Positions 48,053-59,007 of a stretch of DNA of 64,000 nt are shown here, in pieces. The DNA comes from an uncultured virus (IMG/VR IMGVR_UViG_3300030085_003924). Taxonomy: Duplodnaviria; Heunggongvirae; Uroviricota; Caudoviricetes. The stretch lies in IMG/VR virus record IMGVR_UViG_3300030085_003924, positions 1 through 64,000 of that record; one strand, written 5' to 3'. Numbering within the stretch: position 1 is the first letter of the stretch; each line of letters begins with the position of its first letter. The position numbers were made by a program, and so were the translations under genes. The notes beneath the pieces are model-generated. The model saw only the letters and a program-made list of their open reading frames with translations. It was not told where the DNA came from and ran no database searches.

Positions 48053-48258
48053 TGTTCAAGGAAACACGAAGTCGTTCAACCAAGAAGTCTATTAGTTGGA
48101 GAGTTATAGCATTTACCAATTCTTGGATTATATTGGCATTAAGTATGACCGAAGTTCCATTTTGGAATGCAATAATAATGAATGTTACGGGTATGGTTAT
48201 GTTTTATTTTCACGAAAGAATTTGGAATAGAATTGACATTGGGAAACATTCACAATGA
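48052..48258 (+). CDS. DUF2061 small membrane protein
   Basis: ETRSRSTKKSISWRVIA...FYFHERIWNRI. Confidence 0.8.
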   Translation: MFKETRSRSTKKSISWRVIAFTNSWIILALSMTEVPFWNAIIMNVTGMVMFYFHERIWNRIDIGKHSQ

Positions 48259-49212
48259 TATTTTGGAGAATCATAGATAATAGATTACATCCTGTATCTG
48301 AAGTACAATCTTTGGGATTTGAAGAATCAGAGGGATTACGGATACCCGATGAGTATTTAGATAAACAAGAGTTTATGGTCATGAGAACAGCACACGGATT
48401 GGGTGATTGGGCAATAATATCATCAATGCCTCGTTTGTTGAAAGAGAAGTATCCAAATTGTAAAGTATATGTACCTTCAGTAAGTTTACTTGAAAGACTC
48501 TTTGGTAATATTAAAGACCATTGGGGAACTTGGGAAAATCCATTTAAAGCTGTAAACTATGTATTTGATAACAATCCATATGTAGATGGGGTTGTGGATG
48601 AATTAGATGGTGAGGTATTTCATGACCATTACAGAGTGTACAATGATAATAAATTAGATATACCATTAGTTAAACANNNNNNNNNNTAAACAGATGTTAA
48701 AGTTTTGGCAGTTTAAAGATGATGAAATGAAAGATTACACACCAGAACTTTATTGGACAGAAGAAGAAAGACAGAGAGGTGACGAAATCATCCACAGGTT
48801 CGCCGGTGATAGTGAATTTGGTGGTCTGGTAATCACCAGCAGATTTGAAGGTCGTTCAAAAACAACGGATACAATATATGATGCAGAGGGTAACAAAATG
48901 ATTATGACTGCGTTATTAGAAAAATGTGGTGATTTACCATTTTTCTATTATACTTATAAACAACCAAAGGAATACCCTTTCAGTTTTAATAAGTGTTTGG
49001 ATATGAGACATATGGAAACTCGGTTACAATTATATATTCGTAGTAAGGCAAAACTTAATATTGGAACACATTGTGGAATTGTAGATGCAATATCAGGATA
49101 CTCTCAAGCATTTCAGATACAAAGAGTGTTTCCTTTAAATCAAAATATCATAGAGGCAAATCATTATGTCAATAGAGACAATTATTTAGAAAAATTGGAG
49201 TTGATTGAATGA
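48255..49212 (+). CDS. GT9-like glycosyltransferase interrupted by a 10-N scaffold gap
   Basis: HGLGD.AI.S..PRLLK..YP, FDNNPYVD, PELYW; TAAACA on both sides of the Ns rejoins as ...PLVKQMLKFW. Confidence 0.65.
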
Positions 49213-50378
49213 AAAGAGAATTTTTAGACTTAGGTAAACAACCTTTAGGAAATAAATTTTTGAGTGAAGAACAATTTGATACAGAATTTTTCTATAACTT
49301 AAAGGTTGTATTTGATGAAGATACTAAGTTAGTGTCAATGAAAGAGTTTGTTAAACCAGAACAAATATACGATGCTGAGTATCCCTACTGGACTTCACAA
49401 TCCGTACCGATGATTGAACATTTTAAAAAAACTGCTGAAATGTTACAAGATGAATTTGAGATAGATAAGGTTTTAGAAATTGGTTCAAATGATGGAACTT
49501 TCATAAAGAATTTTAATAAAGAAAATACAGTATGTGTAGAACCTTGTGATAATTTTGCAAAATATATTAACGAAGAATTAAATTATAAGGCATACAATGA
49601 TTATTGGACTACTGATTTGGCCAAAAACATTGGTGACAATCATGGTAAGTTTGATTTGATTTATTCTGCTAATTGTATTTCACACATAAATGATTTGGAA
49701 GATACATTTGAAGCAGTAAAAAGTTTATTAACAGATAGAGGTATCTTTGTGTTTGAAGATCCATCTTGTTTATCAGTACTGAAACGAAATTCATATGACC
49801 AAATATATGATGAACATCCTCATTTATTTTCTGTAATTTCATTAAATAATCTTTTATCCAATCACGGATTAGAATTGTTTAGAGTGGATAATTTAAAAGT
49901 TCATGGTGGTTCTAATAGAATATTTGCTAGATTGACGAGTGACAATCCACCTGAAGATTCTGTGACTAATAATATAAATCAAGAATCTGATTTTGGTCTT
50001 AATTGGTTTGAAACTTATGAAGATTTTGGTAAAAGAGTAGAACAATCAAAGAAAGATTTATTAGAATTGTTACATAAGGCCAAATCTGAAGGTAAGAAAG
50101 TTTTGAGTATTGGAGCAACTGCTAAATCTATTATCGTGTTTAACTATTGTGGGATAGATGAATCATTAATACAATGTATTACTGATACCACACCAAACAA
50201 ACAAAATTTATTACAACCTGGTACACATATACCTGTGGTGGATAGGAAGGATATTGACATAACAGAATACGATTACGCCTTTCTTGGGGCTTGGAATTTT
50301 GTAGACTATATTCGTGAACAAGAAACAGAATTCAAAGGTCAATATATAACTCATGTGCCAGAGGTTCATTGTGTATGA
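49209..50378 (+). CDS. NDP-sugar C-methyltransferase
   Basis: FLDLGKQPLGN, LEIGSNDG, YDQIYDEH, HGGSNR, GATAK, KQ..LQPGTHIPV, LGAWNF. Confidence 0.9.
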   Translation: MKREFLDLGKQPLGNKFLSEEQFDTEFFYNLKVVFDEDTKLVSMKEFVKPEQIYDAEYPYWTSQSVPMIEHFKKTAEMLQDEFEIDKVLEIGSNDGTFIKNFNKENTVCVEPCDNFAKYINEELNYKAYNDYWTTDLAKNIGDNHGKFDLIYSANCISHINDLEDTFEAVKSLLTDRGIFVFEDPSCLSVLKRNSYDQIYDEHPHLFSVISLNNLLSNHGLELFRVDNLKVHGGSNRIFARLTSDNPPEDSVTNNINQESDFGLNWFETYEDFGKRVEQSKKDLLELLHKAKSEGKKVLSIGATAKSIIVFNYCGIDESLIQCITDTTPNKQNLLQPGTHIPVVDRKDIDITEYDYAFLGAWNFVDYIREQETEFKGQYITHVPEVHCV

Positions 50379-50923
50379 ATATTTACGAATCAAGTTTAAA
50401 GGATGTATATGTTATTGAACCTAAAATATTTGAAGATGACAGAGGATATTTTTTAGAGTCGTTTTCTCAAAAAGAATTTGAAAAAAACGGATTGGATTGT
50501 AATTTTGTCCAAGATAATATATCCAACTCTACTTCAGGTGTTATTCGTGGATTACATTATCAATTAAAAAATCCACAAGGTAAGTTGGTAAGATGTTTAC
50601 AAGGTAGAGTAATGGATGTTTGCGTAGACATACGAGTTGGTTCACCTAATTTTGGTAAATTTTATTCTCAAGTGTTGACCGATAAAAATAAATTATCTGT
50701 TTATGTACCACCAGGTTTTGCACATGGATTTCATGTAATGAGTGATGAGGCTACATTTTACTACAAGTGTACTGAGTATTATTATCCACAAGACCAATAT
50801 GGTATTCGTTGGGATAGTATAGATTATAGCTGGTTAGTCTCAGAACCAATACTATCAAAAAAAGATGCAGAGGCACCATTACTATCAGAACAAGATGAAG
50901 GATTATTACCAAAATATGAATAA
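50375..50923 (+). CDS. rmlC: dTDP-4-dehydrorhamnose 3,5-epimerase
   Basis: FEDDRGYFLESF, FVQDN, RGLHYQ, QGKLVRC, PPGFAHGF, LSKKD. Confidence 0.95.
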   Translation: MNIYESSLKDVYVIEPKIFEDDRGYFLESFSQKEFEKNGLDCNFVQDNISNSTSGVIRGLHYQLKNPQGKLVRCLQGRVMDVCVDIRVGSPNFGKFYSQVLTDKNKLSVYVPPGFAHGFHVMSDEATFYYKCTEYYYPQDQYGIRWDSIDYSWLVSEPILSKKDAEAPLLSEQDEGLLPKYE

Positions 50924-51656
50924 GAAAGTTATATATACTGCAACATTTCCACATCAAAACAATATGGATTACATTCTGTTTGAACCAGAAGTAATTCCTG
51001 ATGGATATGATTTTGTTTGTTTCACAAATAATACAGATTTTAAATCTGATGTATGGGATATTAGATTAGTTGAACCACTATATACGGATAGTGCTAGAAA
51101 TGCTAAGAGATATAAAACTCTACCACATAGATATCTACAAGATTATGACGAAAGTATTTGGATTGATATTGATGTAAAGATTTCAAAGAATCCAAATGAA
51201 TTGGTAGAAGAATTACTTGGTGATGTTAATCTTGCAATATTGAACCACGAGTTATGTGGTAGAACCGTAACAGGTAATTTAAATGTTAGGAAGTGTGTTT
51301 ACGAAGAAGCCAGATTTATACAATGGTTAGGTGACCAAAATCCAAATAAAGAGTACAAAGACAATATGAACATTATTCATTCACAAGTGGATAGATATAG
51401 AAAAGATGGATATCCCGAAAACAATGGATTGGCAAGAACAACCGTAGTTTTTAGACGACACAACGAAGAAGATGTTATTACTAACTCTGAAAACTGGTGG
51501 AGTGAAATGAAATATGGTAGTAGGAGAGACCAAATAAGTTTTAATTATGTTGCATGGAAACATAATTTGAAGTTTAATTATATACAAGAGGATATAGATG
51601 ACAATGAATACTTTCATTATATGAAAGGGTGGAGACAGAGGCAATTAAATAAGTGA
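50916..51656 (+). CDS. DUF616/TOD1-like glycosyltransferase
   Basis: VIYTA, DFVCFTN, KTLPHRYL..YDESIWID, CVYEEA, RRDQISFNYV. Confidence 0.82.
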   Translation: MNKKVIYTATFPHQNNMDYILFEPEVIPDGYDFVCFTNNTDFKSDVWDIRLVEPLYTDSARNAKRYKTLPHRYLQDYDESIWIDIDVKISKNPNELVEELLGDVNLAILNHELCGRTVTGNLNVRKCVYEEARFIQWLGDQNPNKEYKDNMNIIHSQVDRYRKDGYPENNGLARTTVVFRRHNEEDVITNSENWWSEMKYGSRRDQISFNYVAWKHNLKFNYIQEDIDDNEYFHYMKGWRQRQLNK

Positions 51657-52603
51657 AGATAGTAGTTATTCCACCAAAAGACAAATTAGATTATTTGGCA
51701 GAAACCATAGTAGAAGGGTTGTATAAAAATAATGTGGAAGTGTATTCTTCAGATTTGGGTAATGGAATAAGACAGAATGATGTTTACTCTGATGAAGAAA
51801 TAATAAAACATTCTAAAGATTGTGATTATATTTTTGTGATTTGGGGTAAGATAAAAAGTGGATTTCCTGGACCTAAATATCATTTATTAAATCATATTAA
51901 TCAAAAAGACAAGGTTGTTTTTGTAGATGGAAGTGAATGGACATCGACTGGTCATCCAATTCCAAATCAAGTTAGAGATGCAAAACAAAATCCACTACTG
52001 AGGAGAGGAGAACCTTGGATAGATGAGTTTATGTTTGAGAATAGTAATTGGTATTTTAAACGAGAGTGTTATTCTGAGGATGTGGATAGAGGAATCATAC
52101 CTTTACTTTTTGGAGCAACCGATAGAAACTTTTTTCGAAATGAAGTTGAAAAGAAATATGATGTGGTTTGTTCTTATGGTCAGATGAATGATGGATTACG
52201 ATTGGAAACATACAATTTATGTAATCAGTTAAAGAATGAAGGTTACAATGTAATTACAGGTGGTGGATTTAGTTATGAAGAATTTAAAGAAAAGATAAAA
52301 TCATCTTGGATTGGTGTAGATGCTTGGGGTGGTGGTGATTGTTGTGCAAGACTATGGGAAGTGTTAGCAAATAAAACGATGGCAATGACACAAAAATATC
52401 AAATAGAATTTCCACATGATTTTACTGATGGAGAAAATATTGTACATTACGAAACAATCGAAGAATTTGAAAAAAAGATAAGGAAGTATTTAGGTGATAA
52501 AAATGAGATACAAAGAATATCTGAAAACGGATATCAACATTTATTAGATTATCACACTTCACAAAAAAGAGTAGAATATATTTTGGATATAATAAATGAA
52601 TAG
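51653..52603 (+). CDS. Glycosyltransferase (CgeB/YkvP-like GT1_2)
   Basis: FKRE, GGGDCCARLWE, FTDGENIVHY, ISENGYQHLLDYHT. Confidence 0.7.
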   Translation: MKIVVIPPKDKLDYLAETIVEGLYKNNVEVYSSDLGNGIRQNDVYSDEEIIKHSKDCDYIFVIWGKIKSGFPGPKYHLLNHINQKDKVVFVDGSEWTSTGHPIPNQVRDAKQNPLLRRGEPWIDEFMFENSNWYFKRECYSEDVDRGIIPLLFGATDRNFFRNEVEKKYDVVCSYGQMNDGLRLETYNLCNQLKNEGYNVITGGGFSYEEFKEKIKSSWIGVDAWGGGDCCARLWEVLANKTMAMTQKYQIEFPHDFTDGENIVHYETIEEFEKKIRKYLGDKNEIQRISENGYQHLLDYHTSQKRVEYILDIINE

Positions 52604-53318
52604 TTTAAAAATTTACATATCAACTTCTGATAATTATCATAGTTGTTTACCACCATTTGCATACTTATTTAATAAATTTTGGTCGAGTGATTTAAAGGTT
52701 ACCTTTCTTGGATACAAAGAACCTAATGTATCACTACCAAGTAATTTTGATTTCATATCACTTGGAGAGCAAAAAGGTCCTTCTTACTATGGTCAAGATA
52801 TGAGAACATTTTTTGAATCGATAGATGATGAATATTTTATTTATACAATGGAGGATCAATTCATACTTGATTATGTTAATGTGGATGTCATAGATAAATT
52901 ATTACCATACACAAACAATTCAAATGTTGGTAGAATATGTTTAACAAATTCTATTTTTCAGTCTCACATGGGAAAGAAACACGAGAAGTGGTGTGATGAT
53001 GTAGGATACGAGTTGGTTCAATACACCCAAGACTCAGAATTTAGGATGACTTGTGAATGGACAATTTGGAAGAAAGATTACTTGTGTAGATATTTATTAG
53101 ACGGAATGGATCCTTGGCAATTTGAGTCAGTAGCTTCAAGAGAATCTAAAGGTAATGGTTATCATTTGATTGGTTGTAAGAATAAGGTGGCAATACAACA
53201 CGCAGAAGCACTAAGACGAAGAAATACAGAACAAGGTTTTGATTTTAAATTTGTAAATGAAGATAAGTATCTTGATAATAATATTATCGAAGATATGAAA
53301 CAAAGGAATATAATATGA
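52596..53318 (+). CDS. GT-A-like hypothetical protein
   Basis: FAYLFNKFW, YFIYTMEDQF, IWKKDYL...PWQFE. Confidence 0.55.
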   Translation: MNSLKIYISTSDNYHSCLPPFAYLFNKFWSSDLKVTFLGYKEPNVSLPSNFDFISLGEQKGPSYYGQDMRTFFESIDDEYFIYTMEDQFILDYVNVDVIDKLLPYTNNSNVGRICLTNSIFQSHMGKKHEKWCDDVGYELVQYTQDSEFRMTCEWTIWKKDYLCRYLLDGMDPWQFESVASRESKGNGYHLIGCKNKVAIQHAEALRRRNTEQGFDFKFVNEDKYLDNNIIEDMKQRNII

Positions 53319-54274
53319 AGAAGGCGTTAGTATGTGGAGCAGGTGGATTCATCGGTTCACATTTAGTAAAAAGATTGAAGAAAGAAGGTTATTTTGTAAG
53401 AGGTGTTGATTTAAAATATCCTGAATTTAGTAAAACAGAAGCTGACGAGTTCATTAAAGGTGATTTGAGGGATTCCTATCTCGTAGATGTTTGTGTTGAT
53501 GGGATGGATGAGGTATATCAGTTAGCTGCAGATATGGGCGGAGCAGATTTTATTTTTACGGGTGTAAATGATTCAGAGATAATGCACAATTCGGCTATGA
53601 TAAATTTAAATGTGGTAGATTCCATGAAACGACTTGGAGTTAAGAAAGTATTTTATTCATCATCGGCCTGTATGTATCCTGAGGATCACCAATTAGAAAT
53701 TGATGTACCAGCCTTGAGTGAAGATATGGCATATCCTGGTAATCCAGATTCAGAATATGGTTGGGAAAAGTTATTTAGTGAAAGGTTATTTTTAACTTAC
53801 GCTAGAAATGAAGATTTTGATGTTAGGATAGCAAGATTCCATAATATATTTGGACCTGAAGGAACATACGATGGTGGTAGAGAAAAGGCACCAGCTGCTT
53901 TATGTAGAAAGGTGATTAAATCAGATGGTAAAATAAAAGTTTATGGTGATGGTAAACAAACTCGTTCATTTTTATACATTGAAGAATGTGTTGATGGTAT
54001 AAGAAGATTGATGGAATCGGATTGTACAGAACCCTTAAATCTTGGTTCGGATGAAGTAATTTCTATTAACGATTTTGCACAGATGATTATAGATATTTCT
54101 GAAAAGGATGTTAGTATAGAAAATATAGATGTACCACAGCTTGGAGTACGAGGAAGAAATTCAGACAACACATTGATTAAAGAAAAATTAGGATGGGCAC
54201 CAAAACAATCATTGAGGGTTGGTATTGGAGAAACCTATAAGTGGATTGAAAATCAAGTTAAGGGAGAGTCATAA
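53315..54274 (+). CDS. NAD-dependent epimerase, GDP-mannose 3,5-epimerase-like
   Basis: GAGGFIGSH, QLAADMGG, YSSSACMYP, YGWEK, GGREKAPAALCRK, GVRGRNSDN. Confidence 0.9.
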   Translation: MKKALVCGAGGFIGSHLVKRLKKEGYFVRGVDLKYPEFSKTEADEFIKGDLRDSYLVDVCVDGMDEVYQLAADMGGADFIFTGVNDSEIMHNSAMINLNVVDSMKRLGVKKVFYSSSACMYPEDHQLEIDVPALSEDMAYPGNPDSEYGWEKLFSERLFLTYARNEDFDVRIARFHNIFGPEGTYDGGREKAPAALCRKVIKSDGKIKVYGDGKQTRSFLYIEECVDGIRRLMESDCTEPLNLGSDEVISINDFAQMIIDISEKDVSIENIDVPQLGVRGRNSDNTLIKEKLGWAPKQSLRVGIGETYKWIENQVKGES

Positions 54275-54699
54275 TGGAATTGATTTATTCAAAGGTAGAA
54301 CCTGATAGGTTACTACATATTATCCACAAGTCAGATGAATTTTACACCATAGAAGAAGGTCATAGGAGAGATGTGGTTGGAGAAAAGGAATTTATTCAGT
54401 TATCTGCTTTAAATATGAATGAAGGACATACATTTAAACCACACCAACACATTTGGAAACCTGGTGAAGAACAATGTATAGCACAAGAATCATGGGTTGT
54501 AATTAAAGGTAGTGTTGAATGTCATTTTTACGATACAGATGGAACTCTATTAGAGAAACCTGTCTTAAAACAAGGCGATTGTTCTGTGACTTTAGGTGGT
54601 GGACATACCTATTTAATATTAGAAGATGATACATTAGTTTACGAATATAAAACAGGTCCTTATAAGGGACAAGAGAACGATAAGGTGTTTCTTGATTAA
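54274..54699 (+). CDS. Cupin (WbuC-like) protein
   Basis: FKPHQH, QESWVVIKG, GGHTY, EYKTGPY. Confidence 0.75.
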   Translation: MELIYSKVEPDRLLHIIHKSDEFYTIEEGHRRDVVGEKEFIQLSALNMNEGHTFKPHQHIWKPGEEQCIAQESWVVIKGSVECHFYDTDGTLLEKPVLKQGDCSVTLGGGHTYLILEDDTLVYEYKTGPYKGQENDKVFLD

Positions 54700-55363
54700 T
54701 TTACCAAATGTTACATTGTATGCAATTTCTTCTGTTCAAATAGAACAGACAATTAAAGCACTTGAGTATTCGTGTAGAGGAATCAATTTTGGTGCGGTAA
54801 AGTTTGTAACACATGAGGATATAAATCACGATTATATTAAGGTAGAGAAAGTATCAAGAATCAATAGTATAGACGAGTTTAGTAAGCTTATGGTATATGA
54901 TTTACCTAAATATATTGATACTGATTACTCTATTTCAGTTCATTATGATGGATTTATAGTTAATCCTGAACAATGGAGAGATGATTTTTTAAATTATGAT
55001 TGGATAGGACCTCTTTGGACGAAAGGTCATAATTATTTTGACAAGAATGGTAACCAAGTTAGGGTTGGAAATGGTGGTATTTCCTTTAGAAGTCAAAGAC
55101 TTATAGGACTGGCAAAAAAGTTAAATTTACCTTGGGAGCCGTTTACTAATAATGGAGAACATAAACCAGGTTATTGGGAAGATGCTTTGATTTGTGTAAA
55201 GAATAGACATATTTATGAAGAACATGGATGTAAATTTGCACCAATAGAAATAGCAGCAAAATGGGGTAGAGAATTACACAACCCACCTATTTCAGAAAAT
55301 GAAGGAATAACACCTTTCTCATTTCACGGAAAAAAGGATCCGTACTTAGACCTTATACAATAA
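54692..55363 (+). CDS. DUF5672 family putative glycosyltransferase
   Basis: LPNVTL, HYDGFIVNP..W...FLNYDWIG..W, VGNGGISFRS, EDA, FHG. Confidence 0.82.
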   Translation: MINLPNVTLYAISSVQIEQTIKALEYSCRGINFGAVKFVTHEDINHDYIKVEKVSRINSIDEFSKLMVYDLPKYIDTDYSISVHYDGFIVNPEQWRDDFLNYDWIGPLWTKGHNYFDKNGNQVRVGNGGISFRSQRLIGLAKKLNLPWEPFTNNGEHKPGYWEDALICVKNRHIYEEHGCKFAPIEIAAKWGRELHNPPISENEGITPFSFHGKKDPYLDLIQ

Positions 55364-55995
55364 TGGGATTTTCTTTAAAACATATTTTGTATTTTCATAT
55401 GCCAAGGACTGCGGGTGATTCTATTAGAAAATCTATATCCAATTTCCCAAAGATGTGTAGAGTTACAACTCATCATAGTCAAGTTCACGCCATCAAAAAT
55501 ATAAAACAACATTCAACTTATTCACATCACAAATCATTTACATTTGTTCGTAACCCTTATAATAGACTTTATAGTTCTTATAATTGGATTATGAACAGAG
55601 ATACATCAAGAAATGAAGATTTGAGTGGAATTGATTTGTTGGAATATGATTATCTAAAGGGATTCAATGATTTCAACGATTTTGCCACTAATGTAGATGT
55701 GGATGGAATAAATAAAGAATTTATGATACACTTTCACCCTTGTAGTAAATGGATTTGGGATTCAAAACTTTTAATTACAAATTTTTTCAAGTTCGAAGAT
55801 TTATTCAGTAACGATGATTCATTCTTACATTGGTGCAAAGATAACGGACTTAATTATCAAGGACTTGTAGATGAAACACACAAATCTAAATGGACAGAAA
55901 GAAATTATTTTGATTATTTTAATTCTGAATCGATATTTAATATAAACAAGTTATATAAAAAAGACTTCGAACTTTTTGGTTATGAGAAAATATGA
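55363..55995 (+). CDS. Sulfotransferase family 2
   Basis: FHMPRTAGDSI, FTFVRNPYNRLYSSY, KFEDL, YKKDFELFGY. Confidence 0.88.
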   Translation: MGFSLKHILYFHMPRTAGDSIRKSISNFPKMCRVTTHHSQVHAIKNIKQHSTYSHHKSFTFVRNPYNRLYSSYNWIMNRDTSRNEDLSGIDLLEYDYLKGFNDFNDFATNVDVDGINKEFMIHFHPCSKWIWDSKLLITNFFKFEDLFSNDDSFLHWCKDNGLNYQGLVDETHKSKWTERNYFDYFNSESIFNINKLYKKDFELFGYEKI

Positions 55996-56813
55996 TAACA
56001 ACAAGATTAAGACATACATTTACACCTAATCCCGAAACAAAGACACCAGACATAGGATTGGCTAATAGATTGTTTCAAATAGCAGCAGGTATTGGTTATG
56101 CAAAAAAATATAATGATAAGGTAGTTTTTCCTGATATCTTACATAAGAACTATGATATTCATAGGAATACTATATTCAGAAATCTAAACTCTAATGGTGG
56201 TTCAAGAAATTTTATACAGAATACACATAGTTATACTGGTTATGGATACCAACCGATACCATTCAAACCAAATATGGAACTTAATGGTTGGTTTCAATCT
56301 TGGAAATATTTTGAAGGTGCAGACAACGAAATAAGAGAAACATTTTCAATACCAACAGATATGATGGATTACTTAAATTCAAAGTATTCCGATATTCTAA
56401 GTAAAAAAACAGTTAGTGTTCATGTCAGACGAGGTATACAGGCAGCAGACGAAGCCGCATTAAGACAATATCCACAGGCTGGAGCAGACTATATATCCGA
56501 GGCAGTAAAAATGTTTGATTCATCTTATACTTTTGTTTTATTTAGTGATGGTCATAATTGGTGTAGAGAAAATCTCAGAGATGATGTACCATTTGTTCAT
56601 ATTGAAAATGAAACAGAGATAGTTGATTTATATTTAATGTCACTAATGCATCATAACATTATTTACAATAGTACATTTAGTTGGTGGAGTGCTTGGTTGA
56701 ACAAAAATCCAAATAAAAAAATAATCACTCCCAATACTTGGTACGGACCTGATAATCCATGGCCAAACCAACCTGATGAAGATTTGATACCAAATAATTG
56801 GATACGAATATAA
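55992..56813 (+). CDS. Alpha-1,2-fucosyltransferase (GT11)
   Basis: GLANRLFQIA, GWFQSWKYF, SVHVRRG, DLYLMS...HNII.NSTFSWWSAWL. Confidence 0.9.
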   Translation: MITTRLRHTFTPNPETKTPDIGLANRLFQIAAGIGYAKKYNDKVVFPDILHKNYDIHRNTIFRNLNSNGGSRNFIQNTHSYTGYGYQPIPFKPNMELNGWFQSWKYFEGADNEIRETFSIPTDMMDYLNSKYSDILSKKTVSVHVRRGIQAADEAALRQYPQAGADYISEAVKMFDSSYTFVLFSDGHNWCRENLRDDVPFVHIENETEIVDLYLMSLMHHNIIYNSTFSWWSAWLNKNPNKKIITPNTWYGPDNPWPNQPDEDLIPNNWIRI

Positions 56814-57493
56814 TGGAAAAAGATATAAATAAAGATTATTTCAAAGAAAAAATAACTAAAGAAAATCCAACAATATTCGATGTTGGAACTTTTGATGGAA
56901 GTGATTGTTTAGATTTTTATTATTTATTTTCAAATCCAACCATCTATGCATTTGAAGCTGATAAAAGGTCAGTTGATATTTTCAAAAAATATGTTGGTCA
57001 TAGACCAATTAATTTGGTAGAAACTGCTCTTTCAAATGTAGATGGTGAAATTGAGTTCTATCAAAGTGAAAGTGAAACTCGTAGACACTCTCAAAGATAT
57101 GATTACGAAAAGACTTGGAGTGCGTCAGGTTCAGTAAAGAAACCAGATAATCACCTTAGTGTATTTCCTGATATACAATTTGAATTAAATAAAGTTAAAT
57201 CTACAAAATTAGATACTTGGATGTCAGATAAAGATATTGATTTAATTGATATAATGTGGGTGGATGTTAATGGTGGAGAAGAAGAATTTTTAAGTGGTGG
57301 AAAAAACACCATAAATAAAAAAGTTAATTATTTATATATAGAATTCAACGGAGTTGATGACCGAAAGTTATACAAAGATTGTTATACTGCAAATCAGATT
57401 AAAGACACATTACCTAATTTTGAAGAAATAGGTATCTATAATTTTATGGGAAATTTTGGTAATATATTATTGAAGAATAAAGGAGTAGGATAA
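56813..57493 (+). CDS. FkbM-family methyltransferase
   Basis: IFDVGTFDG, YAFEAD, ALSNVDG, LDTW, IDIMWVDVNGGE. Confidence 0.85.
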   Translation: MEKDINKDYFKEKITKENPTIFDVGTFDGSDCLDFYYLFSNPTIYAFEADKRSVDIFKKYVGHRPINLVETALSNVDGEIEFYQSESETRRHSQRYDYEKTWSASGSVKKPDNHLSVFPDIQFELNKVKSTKLDTWMSDKDIDLIDIMWVDVNGGEEEFLSGGKNTINKKVNYLYIEFNGVDDRKLYKDCYTANQIKDTLPNFEEIGIYNFMGNFGNILLKNKGVG

Positions 57494-58254
57494 TGGGAAA
57501 TTATCAAGGATTAAAGAAAGAAGAAACTCGTAATGAGTATGGTGAAGATATTCATTATACAAGTTGGCCAGTTGGGAAAATTCCTAAAGAATTTCAACGA
57601 CCTGAACTTGACCAAGTAAGAGAATTGGGATATGATTGGGATGATCCACGAGATGTAGTGGATATGTTTGAGGAGAAGGTTGCTAAATTTGCTGGTAGTA
57701 AATACGCTTGTAGTATAGATTCATGTTCCAACGGATTATTTTTGGCAATGAAATATCTTAATGCCGAAGGAACGATTACAATTCCTAAGAGAACCTATGT
57801 TTCACCACCAATGCAAATAATACATGCTGGATGTAAAGTAAAGTTTGAAGATAGAGAATGGAGTGGAGTTTATAAATTAGAACCATATAATATTTGGGAT
57901 GGTGCTACGGCTTGGACGAAAGGAATGTATGTTGGAAACGATGCAATACAAGTTGTGTCTTTTCAAATAAAGAAAAGAATACCAATTGGTCGTGGTGGTA
58001 TGATATTAACAGATAGTAAAGAGGCATTTGAATGGTTCAAATATGCTACATATGATGGTAGAAATCTTAGAGAATATTATATGGATGATAAGTTTGCAAT
58101 GATTGGTTGGCATATGTATATGACACCTGAAGATGCCGCCAGAGGTATAATATTGATGGATTCAGTTCCAGAGGTAAATGAGGATACAGGTGGTTCAACC
58201 ACATATTCGGACTTATCAGATAGAGAAGTATTTAAAGATTACTTAGGAGAATAA
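57493..58254 (+). CDS. Short DegT/DnrJ/EryC1/StrS-family PLP aminotransferase
   Basis: FEEKVAKFAGSKYA..DSCSNGL, IWDGA, SFQIKK.IPIGRGGMILTD; only 253 aa. Confidence 0.8.
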   Translation: MGNYQGLKKEETRNEYGEDIHYTSWPVGKIPKEFQRPELDQVRELGYDWDDPRDVVDMFEEKVAKFAGSKYACSIDSCSNGLFLAMKYLNAEGTITIPKRTYVSPPMQIIHAGCKVKFEDREWSGVYKLEPYNIWDGATAWTKGMYVGNDAIQVVSFQIKKRIPIGRGGMILTDSKEAFEWFKYATYDGRNLREYYMDDKFAMIGWHMYMTPEDAARGIILMDSVPEVNEDTGGSTTYSDLSDREVFKDYLGE

Positions 58255-59007
58255 ATGACACCTAAAATATCCATAGTTACAGCAACACATCGTAGACCTG
58301 ATTTATTGTACAAATGTATAAAGTCAGTTCAAACCTCAACCTTACAAGAATATGAACATATAATAGTAGGTGACCATTGTGATTGGGCACAAAGAGTATG
58401 TGAGTTATTTTCAGATGATAAAAGAATAAAATATTTTGAAACACCACATCCTCATGTTTGGAATGCTGGTGCCAGTTCAAAAAATATTGGGATAGAAAAG
58501 GCACAAACTGATTACATTGTTTATTGTGATGATGATAATATAGTATTAGAAAATCATTTAGAGGTGATGTACAATGAGATGTCGAAGGGAACTAAGTTGT
58601 GTGCGTCAAAATTATATGAAATCACATTGGATAATTGGGGAGATGGTTCAATAGAAACTCTCATGAACATACCATTACCAAAGTTAAATGAATTACAGAA
58701 TGGTCGGTCACATTATGGTGATATGCAATGTTATGGACACACGAAGTCATTATCGGATTGTGTGGGTGGATGGCAAACAGCCGAAGAAATACAACACGAT
58801 AGTAGGTGGACAAAATCAGCAGTAAATGAAGATGGATATTTACTATGGAAATTCGATAGACTTATTAATGAGAAGCCTGTGTTTCTTGATTCCATAAGTG
58901 TTGTGTATTATGGTAGAGGTGCCTGTTCGAATAAAGACAATGAATACGAAAAATTATTAAATATTGATGAACTATTTGTTTATCCAAACCTTACGGAGAA
59001 ATTATGA
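58255..59007 (+). CDS. Glycosyltransferase family 2
   Basis: ISIVTATHRRPDLL, NIGIEKAQTDYIVYCDDDN, ED. Confidence 0.85.
   Translation: MTPKISIVTATHRRPDLLYKCIKSVQTSTLQEYEHIIVGDHCDWAQRVCELFSDDKRIKYFETPHPHVWNAGASSKNIGIEKAQTDYIVYCDDDNIVLENHLEVMYNEMSKGTKLCASKLYEITLDNWGDGSIETLMNIPLPKLNELQNGRSHYGDMQCYGHTKSLSDCVGGWQTAEEIQHDSRWTKSAVNEDGYLLWKFDRLINEKPVFLDSISVVYYGRGACSNKDNEYEKLLNIDELFVYPNLTEKL

Noticed and set aside
48677..48686. Apparent split into two genes (48255 and 48694)
   Set aside because: It is a 10-N scaffold gap with TAAACA on both sides; merging restores one reading frame
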